Part shown: positions 24,844 through 33,430 of the stretch, piece by piece
Position numbering within the stretch: the stretch's first letter is position 1
Layout of the letters: each line of letters starts with the position of its first letter
Assembly: GCA_001787585.1 (NCBI GenBank)
Contig: MFXW01000074.1
Span: forward strand, 1-46,053
Length of the DNA stretch: 46,053 nucleotides
Direction: 5' to 3'
DNA from: Candidatus Peribacteria bacterium RIFCSPHIGHO2_02_FULL_53_20
GTDB lineage: Bacteria; Patescibacteriota; Gracilibacteria; Peribacterales; Peribacteraceae
The notes under the pieces: model-generated
What the model was told of the DNA's origin: nothing
Databases searched by the model: none
Seen by the model: only the letters and a program-made list of their open reading frames with translations
Translations under genes and position numbers: made by a program

Positions 24844-25356
24844 ATGACTTCAGCTATGGAACAAGTGTTTTTACAGGCATACGACGACTATGCAGATGCG
24901 ATTTTCCGGCATCTCGCGCTGCGCCTCGGTGACAGGGAACAAGGTCGCGATCTCATGCAAGAAACCTTCCTTAAGGCATGGGAGTACGTGTCCAAGGGCA
25001 AAAAGGTCGATAACATCCGCGCGTTTCTCTACCGCGTAGCCAATAATCTCCTGATCGATCTCTGTCGCCGGAAAAAAATTCGTAAGGAAGAGTCCCTCGA
25101 AGATCTCCATGAGCAAAAGGGTTTTGATCCTCCCGCAGAAGAAGATAACAGTGCTGAGGTTCGCATCGATTCGGAACCCATCATGAAACTTCTCCACGCA
25201 ATGGAAGAGCCCCTCCGCACCGTCATTGTTCTCCGATACATCGATGGACTTCCCCCCAGTGAAATCGCCGAAATTCTCAAAGTTTCCCCCAACGTCGTTT
25301 CCGTCCGTATCCATCGTGGGATGGAAAAACTCCGTTCCCTGATCCCCACGTCATGA
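24844..25356 (+). CDS. ECF-type RNA polymerase sigma factor (sigma-70 family, regions 2 and 4), copy 1
   Basis: DLMQETFLKAWEYV, RAFLYRVANNLLIDLCRRKK (region 2), LRYIDGLPPSEIAEILKVSPNVVSVRIHRGMEKLR (region 4). The ATG at 24844 lies inside the track ORF. Confidence 0.85.
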   Translation: MTSAMEQVFLQAYDDYADAIFRHLALRLGDREQGRDLMQETFLKAWEYVSKGKKVDNIRAFLYRVANNLLIDLCRRKKIRKEESLEDLHEQKGFDPPAEEDNSAEVRIDSEPIMKLLHAMEEPLRTVIVLRYIDGLPPSEIAEILKVSPNVVSVRIHRGMEKLRSLIPTS

Positions 25357-26582
25357 CCTCCCATTTCACTCCAGAACGGCTTCTCGCGGACGCAAAGAAA
25401 TTGCGTCTTACACCCAGCGAAAAGGCTGAGGGTCGCTCCCTATTACTTGCCCGTATTGCTCTGCATGCTGCTGCTGCGATTCGGCTGAGTGCCGATGAAA
25501 AAGCGATGGGTCGCGATGCGCTGATGGCTACCATGCGTCTGCAATCCGAGAAGAACGAAGATCGCGCGCCGTGGTGGAACACATTCGTCGTTTTCCCGCT
25601 CCTCAGGATGCCTGCGCTCGCGCTCAGCGCGCTGATCGTGCTTTTGGGCAGCGGTGCAATAGCTTATGCCGCCGAGTCTGCGATTCCAGGAGACCCTCTC
25701 TATGTTCTCAAAGTGGATGTCCTGGAACCGCTGCGCGAGAGAGTGATTCGTACGCCCGAGAAGCGAGCAGCATGGCAGATTAAGAAAATCGAGCGGCGCC
25801 TTGGGGAAGCGCGCAAGCTTGCCGCTGCCGGACGCCTCACACAGGAGCACCGGCAACAGATCGAACACCAGATTTCTGAGCAGGTTGTCACCCTCAAAGA
25901 CACGCCGTCGTCTTCTCTCGAGACCCATGTGGCTGCACAGGAAGTGCTTGCGGTTGCTTTTGAGCAGTACGAAGAGTCAGTCGCTTCCGATATCGTCCCT
26001 ATGGCGTTGAGAGTATATGAAGATGTTCCTTCCTCCGCTCCTGAGGGAGCTATGGGGGGCATGCCCAAAAATACCATTGAGGCAGATCATCTGCTCAAGT
26101 TCGTGAAGGAGAGAACGGCGGCTGCCCGTGGTGAGATTACCTACGCACTCACGCAAGCGACAGGTGGTACCGATTCCCCGTCTCAGTCCATCGAAGCAGC
26201 TGCGAAGAGGGTGCTCAATGTGACCGGAACAGGTTCGGCGAAGAAAACACATTCGAAAGACTCTGCGCAGAGCTCTCCTTCGGATGATCGAGAGAGAGAG
26301 GATGATATTGAAGATCGCATCCATAGTCAGATCCCGATGTTGAAGCCGCGGGATCAGCGTTCATCCGTATCTCTACAGAGAAGTTCATCTGAAGCGCAGA
26401 GTTCTTCGGCGGTCGCATCACAGGAGATTTCCACAGGGGTGAATGCAGAAAGTGAAAGTGATGTTTATGAAGATTCTTCTGTGGAGAAAGAGGATGACAC
26501 TGCTTCGGAACACGAGAGAAAGCTTTTGAAGAGAGTGCAGGAAAAAAAGGAGCTCATTGAAGAGCAATTGCAGGGTTTCTAA
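25353..26582 (+). CDS. Anti-sigma-like membrane protein (single TM, DUF5667-like extracytoplasmic region, acidic/Ser-rich tail)
   Basis: ATGA overlap with the sigma gene. TM segment ALALSALIVLLGSGAIAYA followed by IPGDPLYVLKVDVLEPLRE, typical of DUF5667 proteins encoded next to ECF sigmas. Confidence 0.65.
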   Translation: MTSHFTPERLLADAKKLRLTPSEKAEGRSLLLARIALHAAAAIRLSADEKAMGRDALMATMRLQSEKNEDRAPWWNTFVVFPLLRMPALALSALIVLLGSGAIAYAAESAIPGDPLYVLKVDVLEPLRERVIRTPEKRAAWQIKKIERRLGEARKLAAAGRLTQEHRQQIEHQISEQVVTLKDTPSSSLETHVAAQEVLAVAFEQYEESVASDIVPMALRVYEDVPSSAPEGAMGGMPKNTIEADHLLKFVKERTAAARGEITYALTQATGGTDSPSQSIEAAAKRVLNVTGTGSAKKTHSKDSAQSSPSDDREREDDIEDRIHSQIPMLKPRDQRSSVSLQRSSSEAQSSSAVASQEISTGVNAESESDVYEDSSVEKEDDTASEHERKLLKRVQEKKELIEEQLQGF

Positions 26583-26700
26583 TCGGGGTTTCTCCTTGGA
26601 ATCTTGTGTCCGTAAGAGGGGGGATAGTGCTTCGTCTTCTCCTGTGCATGCAACGCTCTTTCTTTTTCTTCTTTCCTCTATTTTCTTACCCCTCTATCCC

Positions 26701-27240
26701 ATGGATCACTTTCATCGTATAACAGCCACTCTTGCAGCTGGCGCTATTTCCCTCGCGATCCCGGCGTCTTCGCTCGCTTTTGGACTTGGATTTGGTTTCC
26801 ACTCTCAGTCGAACACGGAAGTTTCTGCGGATAGCACGGGTTCCAGCCTGAGTGCCGATGCGGATGTCGACGCAAAGATTGCCGCTCGCTGCAAGCATCT
26901 TTCCGGCAATGACCGCACACAATGTGAGGCCAGCGTCCGGGCATATCTCGATGCCAAAGCCAATACGTCCGATGCGCGCAGCCGCATGCGCACGGTCATC
27001 AGCAATCTCCGCCACCGTGTGCATGAGGTTCGCGAGGACGGAAAATCTGCTCTCGCCCGCGTCCGCGTCTTTCTCTCGGATCTTCGGGCTCAGCTCAACG
27101 CTGCCTTGAACACCGAGACAGAACTCGCCCTCAAGGTTTGCAAAGACAAAGAAGGCGACGAGCATGACACGTGCGTTGCGGACGCCAAGGTGAAGCTCCA
27201 GAGCAAGGTCAATGCAGCCATCGAAGCAATGAAGAAATAG
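26701..27240 (+). CDS. Secreted hypothetical protein (179 aa) with paired-cysteine helical motifs
   Basis: MDHFHRITATLAAGAISLAIPASSLAFG looks like a signal peptide. CKHLSGNDRTQCEASVRAY and CKDKEGDEHDTCVADAKVK. The ATG at 26701 is in frame with the track ORF. Confidence 0.6.
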   Translation: MDHFHRITATLAAGAISLAIPASSLAFGLGFGFHSQSNTEVSADSTGSSLSADADVDAKIAARCKHLSGNDRTQCEASVRAYLDAKANTSDARSRMRTVISNLRHRVHEVREDGKSALARVRVFLSDLRAQLNAALNTETELALKVCKDKEGDEHDTCVADAKVKLQSKVNAAIEAMKK

Positions 27241-27262
27241 CAGATATCCTTCTGCGAAGCGC

Positions 27263-27290
27263 AAAGAACGGAGCAGTTGCTCCGTTCTTT
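27263..27290 (+). terminator. Hairpin terminator
   Basis: aaagaacggagc-agtt-gctccgttcttt, a 12-bp perfect stem followed by a weak T tail (tttgtt). Confidence 0.6.
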
Positions 27291-27518
27291 GTTATGTCTG
27301 TAAGAGCGACCACCCTCCTCCGTCATCTTCAGTACCAAGACCCGCCTGCGATGCTTCGGGTTGCCGTCGCCTCCATAGAGGCTATAAAGAGAATTCTCTA
27401 TTCTCTCCAGACGACATCCATAACGACACCGCGGACGGGTTTTTTCATGAAAGGAAAACCTACGCTATTGAATTGTCGGCTTGCATGATGGAGGAGATTG
27501 GGAGAAGAATATTCCCCA

Positions 27519-27962
27519 ATGCGTCGCTTCCTCGCTTCCGGGTGGTTCTCGTTCCTGATTTGCGTGATCATGGCTGGAGTGACCGCTGCGGCGTTTGCCA
27601 TACTCAAACCCACGGGCGATGCCGTCGGTAACAGCGAGATCGTGAAGTATATGAAAATCGCCGGGTGGGCGGTAGGTCCCTTCGTTGCATTACTTTCGCT
27701 GATCCTCATCGGGATCCTGAATCTCTTGCGACGACTCTTCCGCGCGCGCCGTGTTTCCGTGTTGCATCCAGTGATTGTCCTGATCGGCATCGTTCCGTGG
27801 GTCATCTTCGCCTGGCAGATCACGGGGGAACCGCCGTTTACGCCGATTGCCCGCGGAGCAGTCGAGTTTATCGGTCGACCGCTTCTGTGGGGATCGCTTG
27901 TCGCAACACTCCTGACGATCTTTTTCTCGATTCCTCTGTTCATTCCTTCTAAAAAGAAGTGA
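27519..27962 (+). CDS. Hypothetical integral membrane protein (~147 aa, 4 predicted helices)
   Basis: MRRFLASGWFSFLICVIMAGVTAAAF.... The stop overlaps the GTG start of the next gene (GTGA). The track start at TTG 27498 is an alternative. Confidence 0.6.
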   Translation: MRRFLASGWFSFLICVIMAGVTAAAFAILKPTGDAVGNSEIVKYMKIAGWAVGPFVALLSLILIGILNLLRRLFRARRVSVLHPVIVLIGIVPWVIFAWQITGEPPFTPIARGAVEFIGRPLLWGSLVATLLTIFFSIPLFIPSKKK

Positions 27963-29269
27963 AGAAGTCCGTCATTCTTCTTTTGGCTCCCCTGGCATTG
28001 CTTCTGAGCGGATGCCTCGGTGACGTGATGGAGATTTTCTGCGAAGTCGGTCCCGACTCTGATCACTGCTACCAGGCAGTTGCTATACAAGAGAGCAATC
28101 CGGACGACTGCGCCAAAGTCGAGTACACGCCGCCGCGGGACAAGTGCCACATGCTCATCGCCGGGAACACCGGCGATCCGAGTGCTTGCGAAGGCGTCGA
28201 AGGGGGAATGATGAGTTACTCGGTGGAGGATTGTCTTGCAGCCGCATTCAAGAATCATAACGTTGAGGACTGCAAAAGTGCCGAGGATGAAGCCAAATGC
28301 CGTGCCGCATGGGGGCAAAACGGCAAAGGATGCGGCAACGAATACGTATGGAATGCCGCAACCAAGGCATGTGATGTGAAGAAAGAGGAGAAGAGTGAAA
28401 CCGAGAACCCATTTGAAAACGAGAAGGTGAAGGAAGATCTGAAGAGCATCGGCGACATCGGGCAGAGCGGGTACATGAAACTTCTGGATTGGGATATCGC
28501 TCACGAAACAGATCCCGACCGCCTTGCAGGGTTACAGAATTACAAAGAGTTCCTGGAGAATGCAGGAGAGAAACTGGAAGAAGTTACGACGACCTTTGAA
28601 AAACTCCAGGATCTCAAAAAGATCTTCATCGACAGTTACGATCCCAAAGATTCCATTGAGAACATGTCCGCAAGCTCCATCCTCAGCAAAGGATTCTTTG
28701 ACCACTTGAAAGACAAGCTCACTGGTGAAGATCCGCCCACCAATCGCTCGAAGGCGGAGGACGCGCTTACGGTGTACGAAAAGATGCTGGAGCGGCAGAA
28801 GGATAATGATTTCCTCCAGCAGGGTCGCCTGGGGCGCGTTGGCGAGACCATCGTCGGCAATCTGAAGGACAAAGCGACGGAGCAGCTGAAGGAGTCGGCG
28901 GAGGATATCGCCAAGGCTGTTGCCGGAGAGGCCTTCGCTGTCGTCGGCATCGTCGACCATGCACTCTCTTCCTTCCAGGAAGCCGCCCAGAAGGAGATGT
29001 TCGTGGGTCTTGCAGCCGCTTATAACCGCCAGCGTGACGGCATTGCACAGGCGCATCCCGACTGGTCCTCCGAGCAGATCCACAAAGCGACCGTGGATAA
29101 CGTCAAAGCAAATCCCTACGAAGACGTCCCGAATAGCGGGTTTGTGAAATATGGCAATATCATCGAGAACGGCGACTGCAAGGATGCGGGCAACAATCCT
29201 TTGTGTATCGATAACAGAGTGTTTTGGGTTGCATTGGACAAAACATGGCAACACGGACACAAAAAATAA
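27959..29269 (+). CDS. Cys-rich lipoprotein (436 aa), function unknown
   Basis: Lipobox LLSGC. The N-terminal ~130 aa contains repeated C-x(7-14)-C units (DDCAKVEYTPPRDKCHMLIAG, SACEGVEGG..VEDCLAAAF, EDCKSAEDEAKCRAAWG). The rest is an acidic helical region. Confidence 0.7.
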   Translation: MKKSVILLLAPLALLLSGCLGDVMEIFCEVGPDSDHCYQAVAIQESNPDDCAKVEYTPPRDKCHMLIAGNTGDPSACEGVEGGMMSYSVEDCLAAAFKNHNVEDCKSAEDEAKCRAAWGQNGKGCGNEYVWNAATKACDVKKEEKSETENPFENEKVKEDLKSIGDIGQSGYMKLLDWDIAHETDPDRLAGLQNYKEFLENAGEKLEEVTTTFEKLQDLKKIFIDSYDPKDSIENMSASSILSKGFFDHLKDKLTGEDPPTNRSKAEDALTVYEKMLERQKDNDFLQQGRLGRVGETIVGNLKDKATEQLKESAEDIAKAVAGEAFAVVGIVDHALSSFQEAAQKEMFVGLAAAYNRQRDGIAQAHPDWSSEQIHKATVDNVKANPYEDVPNSGFVKYGNIIENGDCKDAGNNPLCIDNRVFWVALDKTWQHGHKK

Positions 29270-29386
29270 CAACGGAATGCGTAGGAGGATTGCTGTTGTG
29301 ATGGAAAAGCCGCAGGAATATCCTGAAAGGCGTTTCTTCCCCCTATTCCCATGGTCAATGACTTTCACGGTCAAACGGAGAAAAAA

Positions 29387-29827
29387 ATGGCAGCTCTCGA
29401 GGGGTTCCTGGCACCGATCTTCACGAAGACACCGCATCTTCCCGAAAACGCCCGACAGACACTGGCGAAGATCGCTCCGTGGTTCGCGCTGATCTTCGGC
29501 GTGTTGGGGATTTTTGGCATTCTCTCCGCCGGGGCGATTGGTTCCATGCTTTCCCTCTCGTTTCTTGGCGGAGGTCTGATGCAGATTTCCTGGGCGGTCA
29601 CCGTTGTTGCCGGTCTCTTCGCATCCGTTCTGGAACTTCTCGCCTACAAGCCTCTCACGAAAAGAGAGAAGAAAGGATGGAATTATCTTTTCTACGGCAC
29701 GGTACTTACGACCGCCGCCGCGATCATCAATCTTGCTCTTGGGTACGGATCCGATGCTGTGGGAACGATCATCGGCACAGTCATCGGGCTGTGGCTTCTC
29801 TTCGAAGTTCGGGCGCTGTACCGGTGA
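29387..29827 (+). CDS. Hypothetical membrane protein (~146 aa)
   Basis: GGAG lies 9 nt upstream of the ATG at 29387. Hydrophobic helices IAPWFALIFGVLGIFGILSAGAIG, WAVTVVAGLFASVLELLAY and others. The track start at 29351 is an alternative. Confidence 0.6.
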   Translation: MAALEGFLAPIFTKTPHLPENARQTLAKIAPWFALIFGVLGIFGILSAGAIGSMLSLSFLGGGLMQISWAVTVVAGLFASVLELLAYKPLTKREKKGWNYLFYGTVLTTAAAIINLALGYGSDAVGTIIGTVIGLWLLFEVRALYR

Positions 29828-29987
29828 TATTCCTTACTCGTTGGTAGAGAGGGTGTCTCATGATAAAGAGATACCCTGCTACATCTGGATATCCTGTCGA
29901 TAAGGAGTTATCCCGTCGTGCATTTGTATGATTTCACTATAAAAAGGACTACGCTGACCGCTCAAAGTCTCTCCTTTCGCCTCTACG

Positions 29988-30833
29988 ATGATCATCAATG
30001 CAGATTCCCTCCTGCCGCACCTCAAAGAGAAGGTGCGTCCAACCCAGAGTGATGCATCTCGGCATTTATTATGCCCTCATTGCGGGATTCGGACCAAGTT
30101 GAACACACTTGGAGATGGACGCAGGAAATGCACTCTGTGTGGAAAGAAGTTTCGCATCCATAAAGTGACCGAAGGGAACAAATTGCAGCAATGTGCGGAG
30201 ATATTGCTCTGCTTCTGTCTCGATTTTTCAGCGCATAGAGCGGCACAGATTACGTATCACCGCTATCGGCTGGTCGCGCTGTATTACGATCACTTTCGCA
30301 GGCTGCTGACGGAAACACATTTGTCTCCGCAAAAGTTGCAATTGCTCTCCGAGCACACAGGGGACATTCACATGCTCCATGACCGTTTCCGGTGCAGATG
30401 GTGCAAGAGTAAAAGACGCAGTGTTGGTAAGGAGCAACCACCGGTATTTGGTGTGCGGCTCGCAAGCAGCGGCGGGGTCACGATCGATCCACTGAATGAT
30501 GATGAGGTCGCGCTCCACTTCGATGCGTTTGGTTCAGCGAAAGAGGCTCTGGGCAGCGATAAGGGCTATGCGGGATTCATCTGTTGTAGCAAGTTTCACC
30601 GCACGACGAATGTTGAAGGAGTGAAGGACAGTGCCGAGAAACTGTGGTCATGGATCCGGGAGCGGGTGAGTGCCCGTCATGGTATCTGGAAACGGAATAC
30701 CGGTTTCTATCTCAAGGAGCTGGAATGGAAATACAATAACCGATCCATCGATCCCGATCTGCAGGCACAGAACATCATCAGCTTCATGCCTGCAGATTTT
30801 CTGACTGCATGGGTGGAAAAAGAAGTGCCATAG
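29988..30833 (+). CDS. IS1595-family (ISXO2-like) transposase homolog
   Basis: N-terminal zinc ribbon CPHCG...GRRKCTLCGKKF. C-terminal ...SDKGYAGF...NVEGVKDSAEKLWSWIRERV..HGIWKRNTGFYLKELEWKYNNR parallels TD..Y...N.IE.FWS.LKR....HG......YL.E.EFRYN.R. No terminal inverted repeats found. Confidence 0.65.
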   Translation: MIINADSLLPHLKEKVRPTQSDASRHLLCPHCGIRTKLNTLGDGRRKCTLCGKKFRIHKVTEGNKLQQCAEILLCFCLDFSAHRAAQITYHRYRLVALYYDHFRRLLTETHLSPQKLQLLSEHTGDIHMLHDRFRCRWCKSKRRSVGKEQPPVFGVRLASSGGVTIDPLNDDEVALHFDAFGSAKEALGSDKGYAGFICCSKFHRTTNVEGVKDSAEKLWSWIRERVSARHGIWKRNTGFYLKELEWKYNNRSIDPDLQAQNIISFMPADFLTAWVEKEVP

Positions 30834-31180
30834 GACGTGCAAAAGCTGTTTTGCGTCTCCCTGTCCAAACGAGTACCGAAGGTGTTCCAGCAGGCGACTT
30901 CGTGTATTCGGCATACTCTTGCGCAAAAATCACATGCGCCCATTGTTGCTGCTCCTTCCACCCCTATCCCTATGCATGCATACCGTTCGTACCATCCTTC
31001 CCTCTGGCCAGTCCGGCGCTTCTCCGATGTTTTACAACCATGGTTCCCCGCCATCCATCAGAAGACCTTCCCAGCAACACTTGGCACAGGAGTCCTCCCG
31101 ACCGATGTTCGGACAGCAGACCTATTCTAAAGCGCTCTTTCATTTTCTCTATTTCTTATTCCTCCCTACTCCCATTTTTT

Positions 31181-31708
31181 ATGAAGAACCGTATCTTTAC
31201 TATCAGTATGTCCGCAGCCTTGCTGGCTGCGACCACATCACCGGCACTTGCGTACACTGTCGTGACGATGAATCAGCCCGATAACGGATTTTTTGAAGGT
31301 CCGAGTCCCGAGTGGGCAACGCTGCACTCGACCGATACTCAGGGGACAGCAGTGCACCGTCAGTATCATCGCGATGGTGCAACGGCACTCGTTCTCTGGC
31401 TCACACAAAGCAGATCAGAACGTGGCACGGTCGCGTATGAAGATGCCCGGCGCATCTTTTATCAGGAGAGAAACATGTCGCATCGCCAGTTTCATACTGC
31501 TCCCGTGACGTTGGATGGTTTGGCGCAGTTAGATCCGTTTACAGACCATCAGCCACTCATCTTAAACACTACGACGATCGCATACCGTGCGCCCGTGACG
31601 ATCACCACGACTCCGGTGGTTCGTGTCGCAGCCGGAAGACTCAGCCGCCGCACGCTTATTGCCATCGTCGATGAGCAAAACAGACTGCGCGCAATGGCGC
31701 GTCTGTAG
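31181..31708 (+). CDS. Secreted hypothetical protein (175 aa)
   Basis: MKNRIFTISMSAALLAATTSPALAYT looks like a signal peptide. The ATG at 31181 is in frame with track ORF 30809..31708, whose 5-prime part has non-protein-like composition. Confidence 0.55.
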   Translation: MKNRIFTISMSAALLAATTSPALAYTVVTMNQPDNGFFEGPSPEWATLHSTDTQGTAVHRQYHRDGATALVLWLTQSRSERGTVAYEDARRIFYQERNMSHRQFHTAPVTLDGLAQLDPFTDHQPLILNTTTIAYRAPVTITTTPVVRVAAGRLSRRTLIAIVDEQNRLRAMARL

Positions 31709-31749
31709 TTTTCTTTTCCCTTTGTCCCAGCCCCCTTCCTCCTCTTCGT

Positions 31750-32295
31750 ATGATCAACGATTTCCTCGCCATTCATGACCTCTACCAAGATGCTATCTTT
31801 CGCTATTGTTCCAGGCGTTGCAGCGATCGTGAGGTGGCGAAAGACCTTACACAGGATACCTTTCTCCGCTTCTGGCTCTGTCTGGAGCGCAAAGACGAGA
31901 TCCTGCATGCGCGTGCGTTCCTGTATCGCATCGCGCACAATCTGATTATTGATCACGCGCGTAGGAAGAAAGAAGCCTCGCTCGATCAGCTTCTGGAGGC
32001 AGGATTCGAACCAGCAATCGACCCATGGCATCAAACGTATAGTCGGCTGGATGCTGCGAGACCGCTCCAGAAGCTGCGCAGGATGAAAAATCCCTACAGG
32101 CAGGTGCTGTATCGCCGGTTCATCATGGGGCTTCCTCCCGCGGAGATTGCCATCCTCACGGGCGAGACTCCGAATTCGGTTTCCGTTCGCATCACGCGGG
32201 GGCTCAAGCATCTGCGATCCCTTCTACAGGATGCGCCGCTCATGCCCCTCATGGCTCTTACCGTTCCCTCTTCCCTCCTATCCGATGACCAATGA
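31750..32295 (+). CDS. ECF-type RNA polymerase sigma factor, copy 2 (paralog of 24844-25356)
   Basis: DLTQDTFLRFWLCL, RAFLYRIAHNLIIDHARRKK, LYRRFIMGLPPAEIAILTGETPNSVSVRITRGLKHLR. Confidence 0.85.
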   Translation: MINDFLAIHDLYQDAIFRYCSRRCSDREVAKDLTQDTFLRFWLCLERKDEILHARAFLYRIAHNLIIDHARRKKEASLDQLLEAGFEPAIDPWHQTYSRLDAARPLQKLRRMKNPYRQVLYRRFIMGLPPAEIAILTGETPNSVSVRITRGLKHLRSLLQDAPLMPLMALTVPSSLLSDDQ

Positions 32296-32662
32296 CAATA
32301 TCCAGCCTCTCCAGGACCGCATCGCCAAGATCGTGGGTGATGAGGAGCGTCTCAACCGCAACCGGCTCACAGCCTTGAAGGTCAAAACAGACCGGCGTGA
32401 CAGCGAAAAGCGAACCGAGAATGCGGATCTGGAGACGCTGGATCGGAAGAAGGAGCAGCAAATAAGGGTGAATGCGGACAAGGAACGGAAGTTCCTGGAT
32501 GAGCTCAAGCGCGAGGGTGCAGAATTGGTCCATCTCTCGAAAGAACTCCAGCATGATCACACTGAGGAGACCCGGCGCCGGGGGGAGGCCAAAGAGAAGT
32601 TGCAGGCAAAAGTCACCGCCCTCGAAGCGAAGTTACGCAACGTTGCAGGAGCAAGACCATAG
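32285..32662 (+). CDS. Charged coiled-coil protein (125 aa) overlapping the sigma stop; possible sigma partner
   Basis: The ATG at 32285 overlaps the sigma gene by 11 nt. R/K/E-rich heptad-like sequence with no TM segment. No family recognised. Confidence 0.45.
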   Translation: MTNDNIQPLQDRIAKIVGDEERLNRNRLTALKVKTDRRDSEKRTENADLETLDRKKEQQIRVNADKERKFLDELKREGAELVHLSKELQHDHTEETRRRGEAKEKLQAKVTALEAKLRNVAGARP

Positions 32663-32672
32663 CGACGATGTC

Positions 32673-33044
32673 TCATTTGAGGTATTTCTCAACGACGAGC
32701 CAAAGCTCGTCATCGTCCATATCACTCTTCACGAAGTAGTCTTTCACGTTCATCCCTTTACACTTGTCTCTCGTCTTCTTGTCGCTGATATTCGATACCA
32801 CGATGACGGGGCAATCCAACTTTTTTTCTTTCATGGCCTTCATCACGCCATGACCATCCAGCACCGGCATGAGGAGATCGAGGAGTACAACATCCGGCAG
32901 TTCCTTTTCCATAGCATCAAGCGCTTCCTGCCCATTGTGGGTGATGGTGACGCGTATGCCGTGCTCCTTGATAATGTTGCCCATAATATCGGCGATGAAC
33001 TTGGCATCTTCAGCGATGAGGACGTATTTGCTCTGTGTACTCAT
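32673..33044 (-). CDS. Stand-alone response-regulator receiver protein (CheY-like), copy B
   Basis: VLIAEDAKF..., phospho-acceptor context VVLLDLLMPVLDG, CPVIVVSN, VKDYFVKS. Confidence 0.85.
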   Translation of the reverse strand: MSTQSKYVLIAEDAKFIADIMGNIIKEHGIRVTITHNGQEALDAMEKELPDVVLLDLLMPVLDGHGVMKAMKEKKLDCPVIVVSNISDKKTRDKCKGMNVKDYFVKSDMDDDELWLVVEKYLK

Positions 33045-33424
33045 GGCAGAAGGGGGGGAGAGAGATGCTTTTCGATGGCTTGCCAGAGGGAAGATTCTTC
33101 GAGATCACTCTTTACGAAGTAGGTTTTCACGTTCATATCCTTGCACTTTCTCTGTACGAGCTTATCGCTGAGATTGGACATCACGATGACGGGGCAATCC
33201 ACCTTTTTTTCTTTCATGACCCTCAGCACGCCATGGCCATCCAGTACCGGCAGGAGGATATCGAGGAGTAAGACATCTGGAACTTCCTTCTCCATCACTT
33301 CGATCGTTTTCTGTCCATTGTGGGTGATGGTGACGCGTAAGCCACGCGCGCTCAAAAATTTTCCCACGATCTCGGCGAGAAATTTGTCATCTTCGGCGAT
33401 GAGGACGTGCTTCTGTGTACTCAT
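33041..33424 (-). CDS. Stand-alone response-regulator receiver protein (CheY-like), copy A
   Basis: VLIAEDDKF..., VLLLDILLPVLDG, CPVIVMSN, VKTYFVKS. ATGA overlap with copy B. Confidence 0.85.
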   Translation of the reverse strand: MSTQKHVLIAEDDKFLAEIVGKFLSARGLRVTITHNGQKTIEVMEKEVPDVLLLDILLPVLDGHGVLRVMKEKKVDCPVIVMSNLSDKLVQRKCKDMNVKTYFVKSDLEESSLWQAIEKHLSPPLLP

Positions 33425-33430
33425 GGGGTT

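Noticed and set aside
27398-29437. Minus-strand ORFs of 368 aa and 301 aa
   Set aside because: They are antisense to the coupled membrane-protein and lipoprotein genes. They have no signal or motif content and overlap plus-strand genes that show start-stop coupling and a lipobox.
29830-30960. Terminal inverted repeats or target-site duplication for the IS1595-like gene
   Set aside because: Only weak, gapped similarity was seen between the flanks (for example gcatttgtatgattt versus gcatgtgattttt). This is not enough to define element ends, so no mobile-element boundaries are claimed.
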